Assembly: GCA_002269645.1 (NCBI GenBank)
Contig: NIVC01003842.1
Span: forward strand, 10,295-74,294
DNA from: Macrostomum lignano
Taxonomy: Eukaryota
Reading direction: 5' to 3'
DNA: 64,000 bases
In this document: piece after piece, positions 24,301 to 36,712 of the stretch
How the letters are laid out: each line of letters begins with the position of its first letter
Numbering within the stretch: position 1 is the stretch's first letter
The notes under the pieces: model-generated
Told to the model about the DNA's origin: nothing
What the model saw: the letters and a program-made list of their open reading frames with translations, nothing else
The model's database searches: none
Position numbers and translations under genes: made by a program

Positions 24301-24579
24301 TCACCTGTTGTCAATCACCAGCGGATTAACCTGAGATCCAGCCGCCGCCGCCGTAGCGGTGGCAGTGGCAGCCGCCCGCCCGCTCTCGCCGCTCAAATAC
24401 CATTTGAAAGTTTCGTACACCAGCCAGGAGATGGCGGTGCCGGGCATCTGAAAGACAACGCGAGCTTGGACGCCTTTGAAGTAGCCGGCGAAGCCCTCGA
24501 GTCTGTAGACGGTGCGCAGGGCGCTGCCGATTGAAGCTACGGGGCGGAGTCGGCCGGCCGCTTGCAGTGCGCACTGCTC
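24301..24579 (-). CDS. mfrn (SLC25A37/SLC25A28 family): Mitoferrin (mitochondrial iron carrier), exon 3
   Basis: Acceptor CCCACTCTCCGCAG|GAG, phase 0. Encodes EGFAGYFKGVQARVVFQMPGTAISWLVYETFK (third carrier repeat). The stop codon overlaps a GTGAGT donor (see findings). Confidence 0.88.
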   Translation of the reverse strand, partial: EQCALQAAGRLRPVASIGSALRTVYRLEGFAGYFKGVQARVVFQMPGTAISWLVYETFKWYLSGESGRAAATATATAAAAGSQVNPLVIDNR

Positions 24580-24625
24580 CTGCGGAGAGTGGGACGGGAC
24601 CAGAGGGAGAAAATGTTTCAATTCG

Positions 24626-26545
24626 AGGGCGATTCTTAGGGGATCTGTGGGGCGATTCTTAGGGGATCTGTAGGGCATTCTTAGGGGATCTGTAGGGCAT
24701 TCTTAGGGGATCTGTAGGGCATTCTTAGGGGATCTGTAGGGCATTCTTAGGGGATCTGTAGGGCATTCTTAGGGGATCTGTAGGGCATTCTTAGGGGATC
24801 TGTAGGGCGATTTTTGGGGATCTGTGGGGCGATTCTTAGGGGATCTGTAGGGCATTCTTAGGGGATCTGTAGGGCATTCTTAGGGGATCTGTAGGGCGAT
24901 TCTTAGGGGATCTGTGGGGCGATTCTTAGGGCATCTGTGGGGCGATTCTTAGGGGATCTGTGGGGCGATTCTTAGGGGATCTGTGGGGCGATTCTTAGGG
25001 GATCTGTGGGGCGATTCTTAGGGGATCTGTAGGGCGATTTTTGGGGGATCTGTGGGGCGATTCTTAGGGGATCTGTGGGGCGATTCTTAGGGGATCTGTA
25101 GGGCGATTTTTGGGGGATCTGTGGGGCGATTCTTAGGGGATCTGTAGGGCGATTTTTGGGGGATCTGTGGGGCGATTCTTAGGGGATCTGTAGGGCATTC
25201 TTAGGGGAGCTGTAGGGCGATTCTTAGGGGATCTGTGGGGCGATTCTTAGGGGATCTGTAGGGCATTCTTAGGGGATCTGTGGGGCGATTCTTAGGGGAT
25301 CTGTGGGGCGATTCTTAGGGGATCTGTGGGGCGATTCTTAGGGGATCTGTAGGGCGATTTTTGGGGGGATCTGTGGGGCGATTCTTAGGGGATCTGTGGG
25401 GCGATTCTTAGGGGATCTGTGGGGCGATTCTTAGGGGATCTGTAGGGCGATTTTTGGGGGGATCTGTGGGGCGATTCTTAGGGGATCTGTAGGGCGATTC
25501 TTAGGGGATCTGTGGGGCGATTTTTAGGGGATCTGTGGGGCGATTCTTAGGGGATCTGTGGGGTGATTCTTAGGGGATCTGTAGGGCGATTTTTGGGGGA
25601 TCTGTGGGGCGATTCTTAGGGGATCTGTGGGGCGATTCTTAGGGGATCTGTGGGGCGATTCTTAGGGGATCTGTACCGGTAGGGCATTCTTAGGGGATCT
25701 GTAGGGCGATTCTTAGGGGATCTGTGGGGCGATTCTTAGGGGATCTGTGGGGCGATTCTTAGGGGATCTGTAGGGCATTCTTAGGGGATCTGTAGGGCGA
25801 TTCTTAGGGGATCTGTGGGGCGATTCTTAGGGGATCTGTGGGGCGATTCTTAGGGCATCTGTGGGGCGATTCTTAGGGGATCTGTAGGGCGATTTTTGGG
25901 GGATCTGTGGGGCGATTCTTAGGGGATCTGTAGGGCGATTCTTAGGGGATCTGTGGGGCGATTTTTAGGGGATCTGTGGGGCGATTCTTAGGGGATCTGT
26001 AGGGCGATTTTTGGGGGATCTGTGGGGCGATTCTTAGGGGATCTGTAGGGCGATTCTTAGGGGATCTGTAGGGCGATTCTTAGGGGATCTGTGGGGCGAT
26101 TCTTAGGGGATCTGTAGGGCGATTTTTAGGGGATCTGTAGGGCGATTCTTAGGGGATCTGTCGGGCGATTCTTATGGGATCTGTGGGGCGATTCTTAGGG
26201 GATCTGTAGGGCGATTTTTAGGGGATCTGTGGGGCGATTCTTAGGGGATCTGTGGGGCGATTCTTAGGGGATCTGTAGGGTGATTCTTAGGGGATCTGTG
26301 GGGCGATTTTTAGGGGATCTGTGGGGCGATTCTTAGGGGATCTGTGGGGCGATTCTTAGGGGATCTGTAGGGCGATTTTTGGGGGATCTGTGGGGCGATT
26401 CTTAGGGGATCTGTAGGGCGATTCTTAGGGGATCTGTAGGGCGATTCTTAGGGCATCTGTGGGGCGATTCTTAGGGCATCTGTGGGGCGATTCTTAGGGC
26501 ATCTGTGGGGCGATTCTTAGGGGATCTGTAGGGCGATTCTTAGGG
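24626..26545. repeat. Intronic minisatellite with a 22-23-bp unit (ATTCTTAGGGGATCTGTGGGGCG), ~83 copies
   Basis: Directly visible; fills most of mitoferrin intron 2. Confidence 0.97.
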
Positions 26546-26664
26546 TATTTATTGAAAGACTTCTAGTGTACCTCTAGGCGGAATTCTTTAAAGTACACGC
26601 CATTCTAAGGCCGCATGCAGGGCAATTTCAAATATTCTGACAGGCTAAGTAATAGGCTACTCAC

Positions 26665-26963
26665 CTGAGTATTAAGCAGAGTCTTGCACACATCCAAAGG
26701 ATTAGTGCAGGCCGCAGCGCAGGCGCCGGCAATAGCGCCGCTAATCACGTGAGTGCTAGGCGCGTAATGCCGCTCAGAATTCACATAGTCCTGGGCCAAT
26801 TCGTAAGCGTTGAAGTGTACAACGTGGAAAGGTATATTCATTACTAGCTGGGTTGTGTAGGCCCGGTAGAGTGCGGCCAGGCCTTCGCTTCGAAGTACGG
26901 CGCGAAAACAGTCGAGAGAGTTGGAGTAGGGCGAGCGATACACTTGAACTCGCTGCTTCACGG
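26665..26963 (-). CDS. mfrn (SLC25A37/SLC25A28 family): Mitoferrin, exon 2
   Basis: Acceptor TTTTCAATCTCCCAACCAG|CC (phase 1) and donor CAG|GTGAGT. Encodes [45 protein letters not shown], including the carrier signature PxDxxKT. Confidence 0.92.
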
Positions 26964-27645
26964 CTGGTTGGGAGATTGAAAATCAGATATTGCATATAGT
27001 CTCATGGAAGCATGCAGTAAAAGAACACTTATAATTGTTTGGGCAATGTATTAGATGCTGGTATTAACAGTAGAAAGACCACGTTATTTTTCCCCATGGA
27101 GAAAGACCACGGGGGTGTATTACAAATACACACGACCCATTTCACGATAGCTCGCAAACCGAATTACCGAGTTTCGTAAAAGTCCACCAAATGAATCAAA
27201 ATTTCAACCCTTTCCGACGAACTAACTTTCAAAGTCATCCGACGTCAGCATCGTCGAGATATTCAACGATTCTTGTCGAAGACACTGGTGGCAAGGACAA
27301 CCAACACAACACTGTATAAACCCTTATGGTGAATCCATATTGGCTCAATAATCTGGGTCCATCTGTCTTAGAGGCCTTTGTTCTCAGCATCCCAGGCACC
27401 AGGGTCCCCTTCATCACCGTCTGGAGCATCGGCGGCGACCGTCGGGACCTACAACAAAAGCACCCCATCGGCATTTCATCGGCGTTCCCAAAGCTGAAAT
27501 GGAAGAATCCTCTTCTGCATGCAGCATTCAGTCAGTGGACACAATCGGTGAATGAAATGGACGATGGCGACCCTCTAGGCTGACCTGTAGATATACAGGC
27601 GACCTTCGGGACCTTCAACGGAGTGCCACCACGCGGCCCTGACGA

Positions 27646-27890
27646 GCTGGCACCCCCAACATCGTGATTTTTCTATCAAGGCACCAAACCAAATTTTAAA
27701 TTGGAGAGCTACAGATTTAATTGGCGACTGAAAAATATAAAATATTTAATTAGTCAAAAATGATATTACAGCATGTCAAAAATGAAATCTGTAACTCTCC
27801 ATTTTAACATGGGGCAAAAGCGTTGTATAATATGCAGACATGCCTGGTTTGGTGCCTTGATAGAAAAATCACGATGTTGAGGGTGCCAGC
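27646..27890. mobile_element. Hairpin MITE (245 bp) in mitoferrin intron 1
   Basis: 46-bp near-perfect TIR GCTGGCACCCCCAACATCGTGATTTTTCTATCAAGGCACCAAACCA with its reverse complement at 27845-27890. Inner symmetry GGAGAGCTACAGATTT / AAATCTGTAACTCTCC. Confidence 0.8.
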
Positions 27891-28980
27891 AACTGAGGAT
27901 CTGGGAGGGACAGCCTAATTAGGCAATCAACACATTTATTGGCCATGAACTGACACGGGACACAAATTACTCATTTATTTACCTATTTGCTAGGTTAAGA
28001 AAAAATTAAAGGCTACGGAATAAGATATGAAAAATCGAGTGATAATTTAAACCGGTAAACCGGGAGTCGTTATCAAACGAATGGGAATAACTTGTCAAAT
28101 TAAAATATTGTTGACTTTTTGTGACAAATGGTTTACATTAGATAAAGTCCTATTTTTACTACTGACTGATAGTGTTAGTAGCATCAGTAGCATATCAGTG
28201 TAAAACCTTAGCACTAGGGGTGTGCCGCTTAAAATTAAGATTAGATAGCGCAAAAAACTGACTGAAAAAACATAGCGAGCAACTATTTGTCATTAATAAT
28301 ATAGAATTCTATTCAACGCGTAACTAAATGCAGTAAGCCAAAGATAGAGCGAACACACAAACCCCACTATCTGTTTTTTTTGGCACATACATGTACATAC
28401 ATAGTACCGGTCTAGAAAGCTTTCTTACAGTTAGAAAACCAAATCTACTAACCTTCGATCCAATACCAGACAGCACTGCACCGCCTGTTTTACTTTTACT
28501 AATCAAAGCCAACGGCAATGAAAATAGCAAAATAAAACCAAGCCCCATTATAGATTATAATTTACTTGCATGCTTAAGCATAACGCAAAAAAAGGCGAGG
28601 AAACCCCACTAAGCCAGAAGCTGTCTTATTAAATCAATAAAGCATAAACGCTACATTCAAGGACGATCAGTGTTAACCCCCCCCCCCAATAAGCAATAAG
28701 CTGTTTTATTACAAGAGGAACAATGGAAATTTATTGCAGTATAGAAAACACACAGAGCAGGTGGACTCATTTCTGGACTGGATAATGTGACAACGAATAA
28801 GCATATTTGCATTTTCCATTTGGAATAATGTATACAAATAACTACGAGCTGAACTGCGAATAAATAAGAGCGCCGAAAACTGTCTATGATATTTGAACTT
28901 ATAGAAAACTGCGCCCGTAGTTCTTTTAACTAGATTATAGATTTGAAGCCGCAACAAAAGCTTCTAAATCAGTAGCCCAG

Positions 28981-29113
28981 TAATTGAGGATCTGGCTGGC
29001 CCAGCAATTGAGGATCTGGCTGGCCCAGCAATTGAGGATCTGGCTGGCCCAGCAATTGAGGATCTGGCTGGCCCAGCAATTGAGGATCTGGCTGGCCCAG
29101 CAATTGAGGATCT
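28981..29113. repeat. Tandem repeat with a 24-bp unit (AATTGAGGATCTGGCTGGCCCAGC), ~5.5 copies
   Basis: Directly visible, just inside mitoferrin intron 1. Confidence 0.95.
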
Positions 29114-29177
29114 AAGAGGGTGGCCGAGCAAACTGAGGATCCGGAAGTGTAGCGGCAGTTCCTGTATGGTCACTCAC

Positions 29178-29580
29178 CATCCGCAGGTGTCATGATGGAA
29201 TCGTGCAGGACGGTGGCGCCAACAGCGCTCAGCCCGTAGCCAATCTGATCATTGAAGCCACGCCTAGCGCAGGCCAGCTTCATCTGCTCGTAGGAGGCAA
29301 AGTAGAGCGCGTGCGCCGGACCGGCGCCAAATACAACGGCGCCAACGCCGCGCAGAGTCCGGCCGATGCCTTCGGTGACAACGATGGTGCGCAGGCCATC
29401 TAGAAGGCCGCGATATCTGGCGCCTTCGAGCGGGCGCAGGCACTGCAGGCGGGTTTTGACGCAGTCAACCGGATAGACCAGGGTGTGCTCCATAACACCG
29501 GCGCAGGCCCCGGCAATCATGTGCTGAGCGGCCGAGCTCTGCTCGAGTAGAGACTCATATTCGTCTGGCTCTGAGCCCAT
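29178..29580 (-). CDS. mfrn (SLC25A37/SLC25A28 family): Mitoferrin, exon 1 (joined CDS 981 nt, 326 aa)
   Basis: MGSEPDEYESL..HMIAGACAGVMEHTLVYPVDCVKTRLQ..GAGPAHALYFASYE..ATVLHDSIMTPAD is diagnostic of Mrs3/4-mitoferrin. Donor GATG|GTGAGT, phase 1, joins exon 2 in frame. Confidence 0.93.
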
Positions 29581-30099
29581 TTTGCTGCTGCGAATTGGGA
29601 TGAATAGCGGCTAACCCTGAGCTAACCTAATGAGCTGCGGGAATGGCGGTTTTGTTTGTGGCTCGCTGCATTATGAGAGTTGTGGGGTGTTGTCACCAGG
29701 GGACATGTCAATGCTAAGTCCCATGCCCCATCCATGTGACCCATTATGGAAATCAAGAATTTTGTTTCAGATGGTAGATACTACAATGAGTGCCTAGCCA
29801 ATCAGTATTAACAATACCGATTCCCAAAATATAGGTGTTTAGGTGTTAAACTTTAGGATTCTTGGTTTGCCCCCCCCCCCTATCATAAAATCCATGTGCT
29901 ACCCACTATGAGAAATGAAATATATAGTCAATTATATTGCCATGAATCTGAATTACATCGTTAGTTACATTGTTAATTATCCTTAATTACATTTCCCATC
30001 AAACTTTTCCTTTCAAGATTTGGCTACAGTAAAAATTTTTATTAGTAAATAGCACACCAAGCCTTTCTTGCAAAGATTTTCCCACATTGCTTTCTTTTT

Positions 30100-30350
30100 A
30101 TAATGCATTTAGCCACATTGCAAATTTTGTCTATATTAATTTTGCCCCTTCCTTACAAATCTTTATTATGGTTTAAATGCTTATTTTTCTTGTGGAAAAG
30201 GTTTCAATTTCTGTATATATGTAGGAGTATGTTATATATATGCCATGCTATCTTTTATGCCCTAAATCTTTATATTATTATATATTACTAAGTATGGTAG
30301 GGGCAAAATGCAAATTAATGAAAAAATGTTTGCATGGCTAAATGCATTAT
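30100..30350. mobile_element. Old degenerate inverted-repeat element (MITE relic)
   Basis: ATAATGCATTTAGCCA / TGGCTAAATGCATTAT at the ends and ATTTTGCCCCT / AGGGGCAAAAT internally. Confidence 0.55.
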
Positions 30351-33309
30351 GTAATAAACAATTAAACAAAAATAAGCTAGAAACTAAGAAAAACATAGTG
30401 TAGAAGCGGTTACTGTTTTCTAGGAAACCTTATTTCTAGAATCACATGAAAACTATGTTTTGTTTTAATTTGCAAAATATTCTTAATATTCTACGTTTGT
30501 TATAACTATAAACAGTCGAGATGGTATAAATAGGAGCGAAGTTGAAGGTAGGAAAATTAACTCGTTTGTTAGCTATAAGCTCAAAATGTGTTCGATAAAT
30601 ATTCTTAGATCTTTGCTCATTTTAAAAAGTATTGAAAGTCAGAATTGGGAATTCACGCAAAGAGAGTACTAAGAGTAATCGCTGTGACCCTCTAATCTCA
30701 GTAACGCCCAGACTGGAGAAGAAGAGAGAAAGTACATATATCAGTAAGACCGCTCAGGCCATATACTAAGAATGCTACCAGACTAATACATAAGACGCTA
30801 CCAGACTAATACATAAAAACGCTACCCAGAAAATATATGAGATTCTAAGAAACAGTTAGAAATACTAAAGGCAGAATTTAGTATCAGCAGTATAAATTCG
30901 ATAGCAGGGAATTTGAAGGCCTGTTACAACTTGGTGGCAATAGTGGGATATTATTCAGAAGGAAGAATCAGACCTACGACAACTTGGTGTCAGCAGAGGG
31001 ATAATTTGCAGGGACAGAAGTAAGCCCTGCAACAACTTGGTATCAGCGGTTGGGATTAAAATTGATAAAGTAGGAGGTAAAACTTCTGCGACAACTTGGT
31101 TACAGCGGTAGGATTTGGTATCGTACGGGAACACCCCTAGCACAATAGGGTAAATTAAATAGAAATAGCAAATAGTATATCTAAATATACTAATCTCAAT
31201 TTTAGAATATAGGCTTTTTGGTAGTGTCAAAGCATAGATCTATATAGCATAGTAGAGTATAATATAGTGATGTATTTAAGCTAGGTTTATATGTTCTAAT
31301 AGGGATAATATAAATAAATAAAGATTAATTTTTGATTTTAATGAAATACATAGTAAAACAAAAAGATATTTTATTTGGCTTTTATATAGACCTTAGGATA
31401 GGCCCTAAACATACATGTGCAACTCTCCTGATTTACACTGGCATTGTGACTTACTTTTTGACCAAAAATGCAACTTACCTATGAAAAAACCCCTAAAGCA
31501 AAATTAATGCAATTTTAGGTAAATGGCAGTAGTAACTATGGCTGTCTTATTAAGGCTATAGTATTATAAAAAATATGGTATCAAAAAGTATTATAGATAG
31601 TTTTTAATGACATTTATATTAGTTGCCAAATGAGTAAATAAATATTTATTGTTTTTAAAAGCTGCTTCTTAATATAATGTTGCATGTATGCATTTAGGCT
31701 ATAGAAAAAATCATAGACAAAAGCCATGATAAAAGCCAGAACCCTTTGTAAACTTAGATTCTGGTTAGGCCTAAAGGCTAGACTTATCATTAAAAATTAA
31801 ATTACTCATTGCCATTATATCATATAAACTGTTTAAGGCAAGCTACCTAATTAAGGTAAAACAAAAATTTTTGACAATTTGAGTTTTGACTAATATATTT
31901 AAAATAATTTTTTAAATCCCTAGATAAGTTCAAAGCTTTAATATTCTTAGACAAAATATATGATAATGTACTAAAGAAAAGAACATGTGCAATTGCTAGC
32001 CCATTTGGCAAATTTTGTTGACAAAAAGTCATAGGACTGACAGTCTCTATCAAATTAAACTTGCATGCCCAGACTCAGACTCACTGACTCAGAACAATTT
32101 TAGAGATTGTATATATTATATGTTGACATTGATCAGATCCAATATGATATGTCAGAAAAGGCCTATCATGCCTATAAACTATGATGTAACATTCAATCAC
32201 TTGCATAACAAACAAAATTGTATTAGAATTAGAAACAATATTTCCTATAATGCCTAGTTACCAATGCACTCCAAAGTTAAAATTCTATAGTATAAATACA
32301 ATAATTCCAAATAAATTTATGGAAAAAAATTGCAAGACATTTAAAGATATGAATTAAGTTTAATCGTTTTTGTCAAGTCTTTACAATCTTTAGTTTTGTA
32401 TTACAGTTGATTGATGCTAGCCAAAAATCAGTCTAATAATAGAAAGACATGAGATGAAACTTGAAAAAATCTCTTTCTACGATATCAAAAAGCGTAAATT
32501 AAAAATTGCAACCCAGTAAATCAAATTTTTTATTGTTACGTTATCTTGCAACCGTTTATATACAAAAAGTGTGTATTAAGGTAGAGAAAAGTTTTACACG
32601 GTTAAATAAAAGATGAAAGTAAAATGCAAGAAAATAATAGTACTATTCCACGTGTGCACTTTTTTAATATAGTAATTTGAATTTTTTTTCACTGTTTTAG
32701 GAATGTATACATGTTATTTATCTATCAATGATGGCCATGATATGATAACAAGTTAACAACAAAAATAAGTCAATGTCATATGTTCAGTTTCTCTTAAAAA
32801 AGTAGTTTTAGCATTATATAATTTCATATCTTTAGTAGTTTCATTAAAATATCTAGGCAATTACTATTAGTATGATGTACATACTTGTAGTTTACTGCAG
32901 AATGTATGCATAGAATGTGTGTAAGCTATTAATTTAGTATTAAGCCAATTTTCGATATTGTCCTGTGTTTTTTATTTTTTAGTCATTGATATTTTTAGTA
33001 TTTTATCAGACTAATACTAATAGCATTAGGCCTAGTAGTTTATAATTAATGTATTAAAAATTAAAGTTGCGCCATAGCTATGGATACCAATATAGCTACA
33101 GGAAGTTACTGATATAGAGGTTTTTTGGCAAAGCATATGGATATAGTTACAGGAACACATACTTGCCATATGTAGTTCCTGTATATAGTGATACCACTCA
33201 ACTAAGAATTGAAAGACTATTGGCATTAGAGCTATTGATTTGATAGGGTTCAAGGTTCAAGTTCAAGCTCAAGCATCAACGTAGATTATCAATGCCATGT
33301 CGACATTGT

Positions 33310-33620
33310 GGTTGGGGGTGGTAGGGGCTAAAGTTAAGATGAATGTTTAAACTTTCAAAGGGAAGCTCTTAAGTCCTTGCATAAATTTGGGGAATTAGCA
33401 ACAGAGTTTGGATGCTATATGCACACTTTGGTTGGATGGTGGGAGGCTAATATTAAGATGAATATTTTTACTTTCAATGCAAGGGGAGCTCTTAAGTCCT
33501 TGGGATTGGGGACAACAAAGTTTTGATACCATGTGTATATTTGGGTTGGGTGGTAGGGCTATAGTTGCAACTTGCAATAAACGTTTTTACTTTCAATGTG
33601 AGGTGAGCTCTTAAGTTGCT
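33310..33620. repeat. Degenerate ~120-bp tandem triplication
   Basis: Three copies of GGTTGG..GGCTA....TTAAGATGAAT..ACTTTCAA..GAGCTCTTAAGT. Confidence 0.7.
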
Positions 33621-35601
33621 AGAATCAGGGACTCAAGAAACAAAGACAGAAATGTTTGACATTGCATGTATATTAAGGGATGATGGTCATTTCATCAATT
33701 GGCATTTTGTCAACTCAGTTGACGAAGTGACCAAAGTGTTGAGGTGACTTTATTGATGGTTGACAAGTGACCAATGCCTAGGTCTTTCCCATTTGCTTGT
33801 TGACGAAGTGACTAAAATTTTCATTATATGAATGATATATGTATGTAGCTGATACAGTGGCATATCTTGTATATAGCTTACAATTATTGTTATATCTATG
33901 ACTTGTTTTATTAATTGCCTTATTTTTTAAAAATGAACAAATTTTGCAACTTTGCAATACCAGACTGCATGTCCATTAGGTTAAATGTTTTGATGCAAAT
34001 ATTTAATGCAAATGTGTCAGCCCATGCGCACTTATACCTATATGCATCCAGGCATTCATGAATCTTGAGTATTTGTATGTTATGCAACTATACATGCGAC
34101 TACATAACATAGGTATTTCTCCTATCAAAATGTGTCAAGGATGCTATAAAGTCACCTATATATGGAGTCCTGAAAATTGGTGGACTGTGTGCACCTTCCT
34201 ATCCCTCCACCCCGCTGTGCACTGCACAGTCAACCAAAGCCCCCATAGCAAATCCTGATATCCAGTAATGCTCTTAATTGGAGTATATAATTATGCACAA
34301 TTCACATTTGCTATTTAGGGTTGCTTACTATTGGGGGATGCTTGCTATCTGGGGGATGCTTGCTGTTTAGGGTTGCTTACTATTGGGGGATACTTGCTAT
34401 CTGGGGGGGGGGCAATGCTTGCCATCTGGGGAATGCTTTCAACTTAGGGGGAATGCCTATTATCTTTGTGAAGGCTTTATTTTGTTGTGTACTTTTTTAC
34501 ATTTAGACAAAAGAGATTCATAGCAAATATCTTTGTCCATGGCATTTTTACTTGAATAAGGTTATCTATAAACTAAAGAAGGAATTAGTTCTCAAGAAAA
34601 TGTGCTTTTTTAATGATTTGCATGAATAATTTTTGCTCCTTACTTATTCGGCAACCCGAAGGGGGGCACTAGATTGCTAGTAATATTATAAAATTAGTGC
34701 AATAATATAACTTGAATTTTTTACAATGATCATCATTCTTAGATTTTTTATGAAATGTTTTTACAATTAAAAATAGTTATAAAAGTTAATTGACATAAAT
34801 ACAGTTGTGTTTTTTAATTCAAATTTGCTCAGTTAACAGTTAACAAGAAACAACAATAGAGTCTAGGGAGCTGGAAACAAATCTAAGGAACTGTGACCAT
34901 GGATGTGGAGCCATTTTAGTGGGTAATAATGCGCTCATTGCTTAATAGATAGTACTTGACCAGCCACTACATTTCTGTCAGCAAGTCAGCAGCTAGTATA
35001 AACAGATCTGTGTCAGGTTAAGTTCTATCAACTCCATAGATTGGCATACATCTCCAAGTGTGATGATGCTCATATATGCAGGCAGATGTCCCACCGTCAC
35101 AAGTTGTCAATTCTGAAATTTAGTGAGAATTAGCTTTGTGTCTATTGCCCTAGTCTGCCTTGTCTGCATCTCTCCTGTTCTCCCCTAGCATCAGTTTTTG
35201 TCATAGACAACTTGCCATTGAGAATTTAAATTTAATGAACAAAACTGTTTTTTTGCCCATTATCTTTAATGAGGCTAATGATTTCTTTATTAGCTGATCT
35301 TTGATATTTTTACTACCTATATTAGCCTTATAAGAAAGTTTTTTCCCAATAGGAATCAAGTGGTTCAAGCCCAATAAATTAACTACATTGGTATGGTTAT
35401 GGTATTGACATAGTAATATTTTATATTCTTTATTCCAAGTTTTAACTGATCTATTTATAATTATATAGTCATATTCATATAATATTGACTTTGCAGATAT
35501 TTTAGAACTTAATATATTGATTAGGAATTTATAGCAAAGAAGCTATGTGGTAGCTCTATTAGCTACCCAAAGCTTACCAATTCTACAAGCTTTTTGTTGG
35601 C

Positions 35602-35691
35602 ATGGATGCAAATGATGAGCAGCTAGCAAGATTGAAAGAGATTATTCGTCATAATGAAGAGGAGCTAAAGCAGAATGAGCAACAATATGAG
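35602..35691 (+). CDS. GOLGB1-like: Giantin-like golgin, exon 1 (candidate first coding exon; true start may lie upstream)
   Basis: MDANDEQLARLKEIIRHNEEELKQNEQQYE then GAG|GTATGT, phase 0. It resembles the LKDIIRQKD segment of human giantin as I recall it. Possible in-frame acceptors at 35562 and 35589. Confidence 0.7.
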
Positions 35692-36412
35692 GTATGTAGT
35701 TTGTGCTATTGATTTGTATTGATTTGTATTATTGAATTTATTAGTAAATTTTGGATATATTCATTGTCTTGCCTATATATTATATTCTTGACTTCTTACA
35801 TTTAACTTCCATATTGAGTTTATGATACTACTTTATTTGTTGTCTCTCTGTCTACTCTCTATCTAGTTTGGTTTTTTGCTACCTTTATTGTCAAGTATGC
35901 ATGCTTATTTGCTTATTTGTCATCTATTTATGTTTAGCAGTTTATTTACCTATTATTTGATCAGTGTTGTGTTAATTTGCTGTAAATATAAGCTGTCTAG
36001 TGTTTTCAGTTAATTACCTATCACCTGTCCAAGTGTTTCCATTAGCATCTTGTTGTGAGTGAGAGGTTTGCCATAAATCCTAAACACTCAGGCCACGGCT
36101 GTACACATCTACCAGTCTTTAAGTTGTTCTTTAAGTTTGAATTTAATAATAACTTCTGGGTCAGTGGGGGGCACATTAGGAAAAAAACTGCCCTCTGGAG
36201 AGGCGTTTTATCACACATTGCTTATCTGTTTAGTGTCTTTTAGCTGACCTGTAATTTGTCACATCATGTTGGTAGCTTCCCGTCGATGAGTTTCCAGTAT
36301 CTGAAATGACTTTCCTGATATGTGTCCTCTGTTTTTATCAACCTTAACCTGCCAACCATGAAATTCAATAATTGAGTCAGTAATTATGTACTCATTTGGC
36401 TCTGTAACTCAG

Positions 36413-36712
36413 GAACAGATCTCAGCCCTTCACGCTGCCAGCGTTTTCAAAGACGACCGCCTGTCCCAGTTAGACAGTCAAATTCGTCAGCTAGAAGGCC
36501 AGGCTCACGAACTGCGGGAAAGCGTTGCTGAACAATTGCAAGTTGTTGAATCTCGCGACGCAGCTATTAAATTGCTGCGCGAACAGCAGGCTGCCGCGTT
36601 GCAAGCCAAAGATGAGCAGTTTGCCGAGAAGCTGGCCGCTACACAGCTCTATTTTGAGGAGTGCTTGGCCGAGAAAGAGGACGAGAAGTCGCGTCTAATG
36701 GATACTATTAAG
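36413..36712 (+). CDS. GOLGB1-like: Giantin-like golgin, exon 2
   Basis: CTCAG|GAA acceptor and AAG|GTGCGG donor; 100 coiled-coil codons. Confidence 0.85.

Noticed and set aside
27235-27600. Possible reverse-transcriptase remnant (YLDD on the minus strand, GDPLG on the plus strand)
   Set aside because: The two motifs are on opposite strands and lack surrounding RT context, so chance is likely.
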